Virus record (IMG/VR): IMGVR_UViG_3300007510_000006
Span: 1-59,372 of that record
From: a virus
Taxonomy: Duplodnaviria > Caudoviricetes
Direction: 5' to 3' (one strand)
DNA: 59,372 bases
The notes beneath the pieces were generated by a model, which was not told where the DNA came from, made no database searches, and saw only the letters and a program-made list of their open reading frames with translations. Below are positions 58,614 to 59,372 of the stretch, in pieces; position 1 is the stretch's first letter; each line of letters begins with the position of its first letter. Both the position numbers and the translations under genes were made by a program.

Positions 58614-58649
58614 TATCCTGTCCTTTGTATAAGTATTTCCCTGAATCCT

Positions 58650-59372
58650 TTAGAGGATTCCCTTGTTCTGCATTAGAACGTGGAACTCCGGATCTCCCAA
58701 TGCTGCTTCTAAGACAGCTTCTCGTAACGTAATGGCGTGCCTTAAGAAATGATTTCCTAAAAGCATGTCATCGTAATCCTCGACCTGACATCTAATTTGG
58801 AACTCTTCGACTAACTGATCTTTTCTTTTCTCTCCTGTCCGAGTAGTATTATCACTCTCAGAAATATCGTGATAGTAGAGTTCCTCAGGAATATGCATAT
58901 ATAAATCTGTTTCTTCCCACAGACTAAACATGATAGCTAAGTCATTCGCATAATCGTAAAATTCACCATTAGGGTTCATGAATTTTCTCTCAGGTATTTG
59001 TTTAAATAACCCCGCTTTCCATGTTCGCATATGAGACATATGCCAAAACGGAAAGAGGAGTCGTGGATTTATATCGGGACTAATCTCGCTGCTGAACCCA
59101 GAAGTTAGCGAGGGGTAGTACGTAAAATTAGTCCACGCAAAATCAATATCATACTCGCGATAATAATAAAGAAGTCTGTCAATTGTATGTGGATACAAGA
59201 AATCATCTCCGTCACATATCCCACAGATTTTGTCATCAGGGAGCATGTTTACTCCTTTGATGACGTTGCGCATAATACCAATATTAGTATGATTTTTTAC
59301 GTATGTGATTTTGCCTAGCCCGATATTATATTTTTCTACGGCCTCAAGTAGCGCTGCCTCGGAATTATCTTT
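58650..59372 (-). CDS. Glycosyltransferase family 2, 5' end outside the window
   Basis: Frame open to the right edge (KDNSEAALLEAVEKYN...NIGIMRNV); CDGDDFL, SHMRTWKAGLFKQI, NDLAIMF, HIPEELYY. Confidence 0.8.
   Translation of the reverse strand, partial: KDNSEAALLEAVEKYNIGLGKITYVKNHTNIGIMRNVIKGVNMLPDDKICGICDGDDFLYPHTIDRLLYYYREYDIDFAWTNFTYYPSLTSGFSSEISPDINPRLLFPFWHMSHMRTWKAGLFKQIPERKFMNPNGEFYDYANDLAIMFSLWEETDLYMHIPEELYYHDISESDNTTRTGEKRKDQLVEEFQIRCQVEDYDDMLLGNHFLRHAITLREAVLEAALGDPEFHVLMQNKGIL

Noticed and set aside
1-59372. Genome-wide amber recoding (genetic code 15)
   Set aside because: About 12 genes end in TAG at sensible boundaries, mostly with the next gene out of frame, and the very long ORFs contain no internal TAG

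Overview
About 59 kb of a large tailed-phage (siphovirus-like) genome. Every credible gene is on the minus strand. In transcription order (right to left): two GT2 glycosyltransferases; Xer-like tyrosine recombinase; SSB; family A DNA polymerase; amidase and holin; two tandem DNA methyltransferases; cupin; small overlapping ORFs; endonuclease; sigma-like factor; small and large terminase; a 6-kb accessory block (fibre/repeat proteins, SAM methyltransferase, GT4); portal-gpF fusion; stand-alone GAF protein; protease/scaffold; decoration; major capsid; neck proteins; tail tube; tail chaperones; 2114-aa tape measure; very large tail-tip proteins running off the left end. Main observations: (1) a D-[S/T/A/G]-T tripeptide is strongly enriched in predicted surface-exposed virion proteins but I found none in the tape measure, portal or polymerase, and the phage carries its own glycosyltransferases, suggesting a virion protein-modification system; (2) the tail tube gene has one in-frame TAG between two tube-like domains, with a second in-frame TAG between the GAF gene and a membrane protein; (3) a tail-tip protein holds a divergent subtilisin-like domain; (4) a probable -1 frameshift in the tail chaperone. 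All calls are from motif recognition by eye and motif counts are manual; no searches were run.
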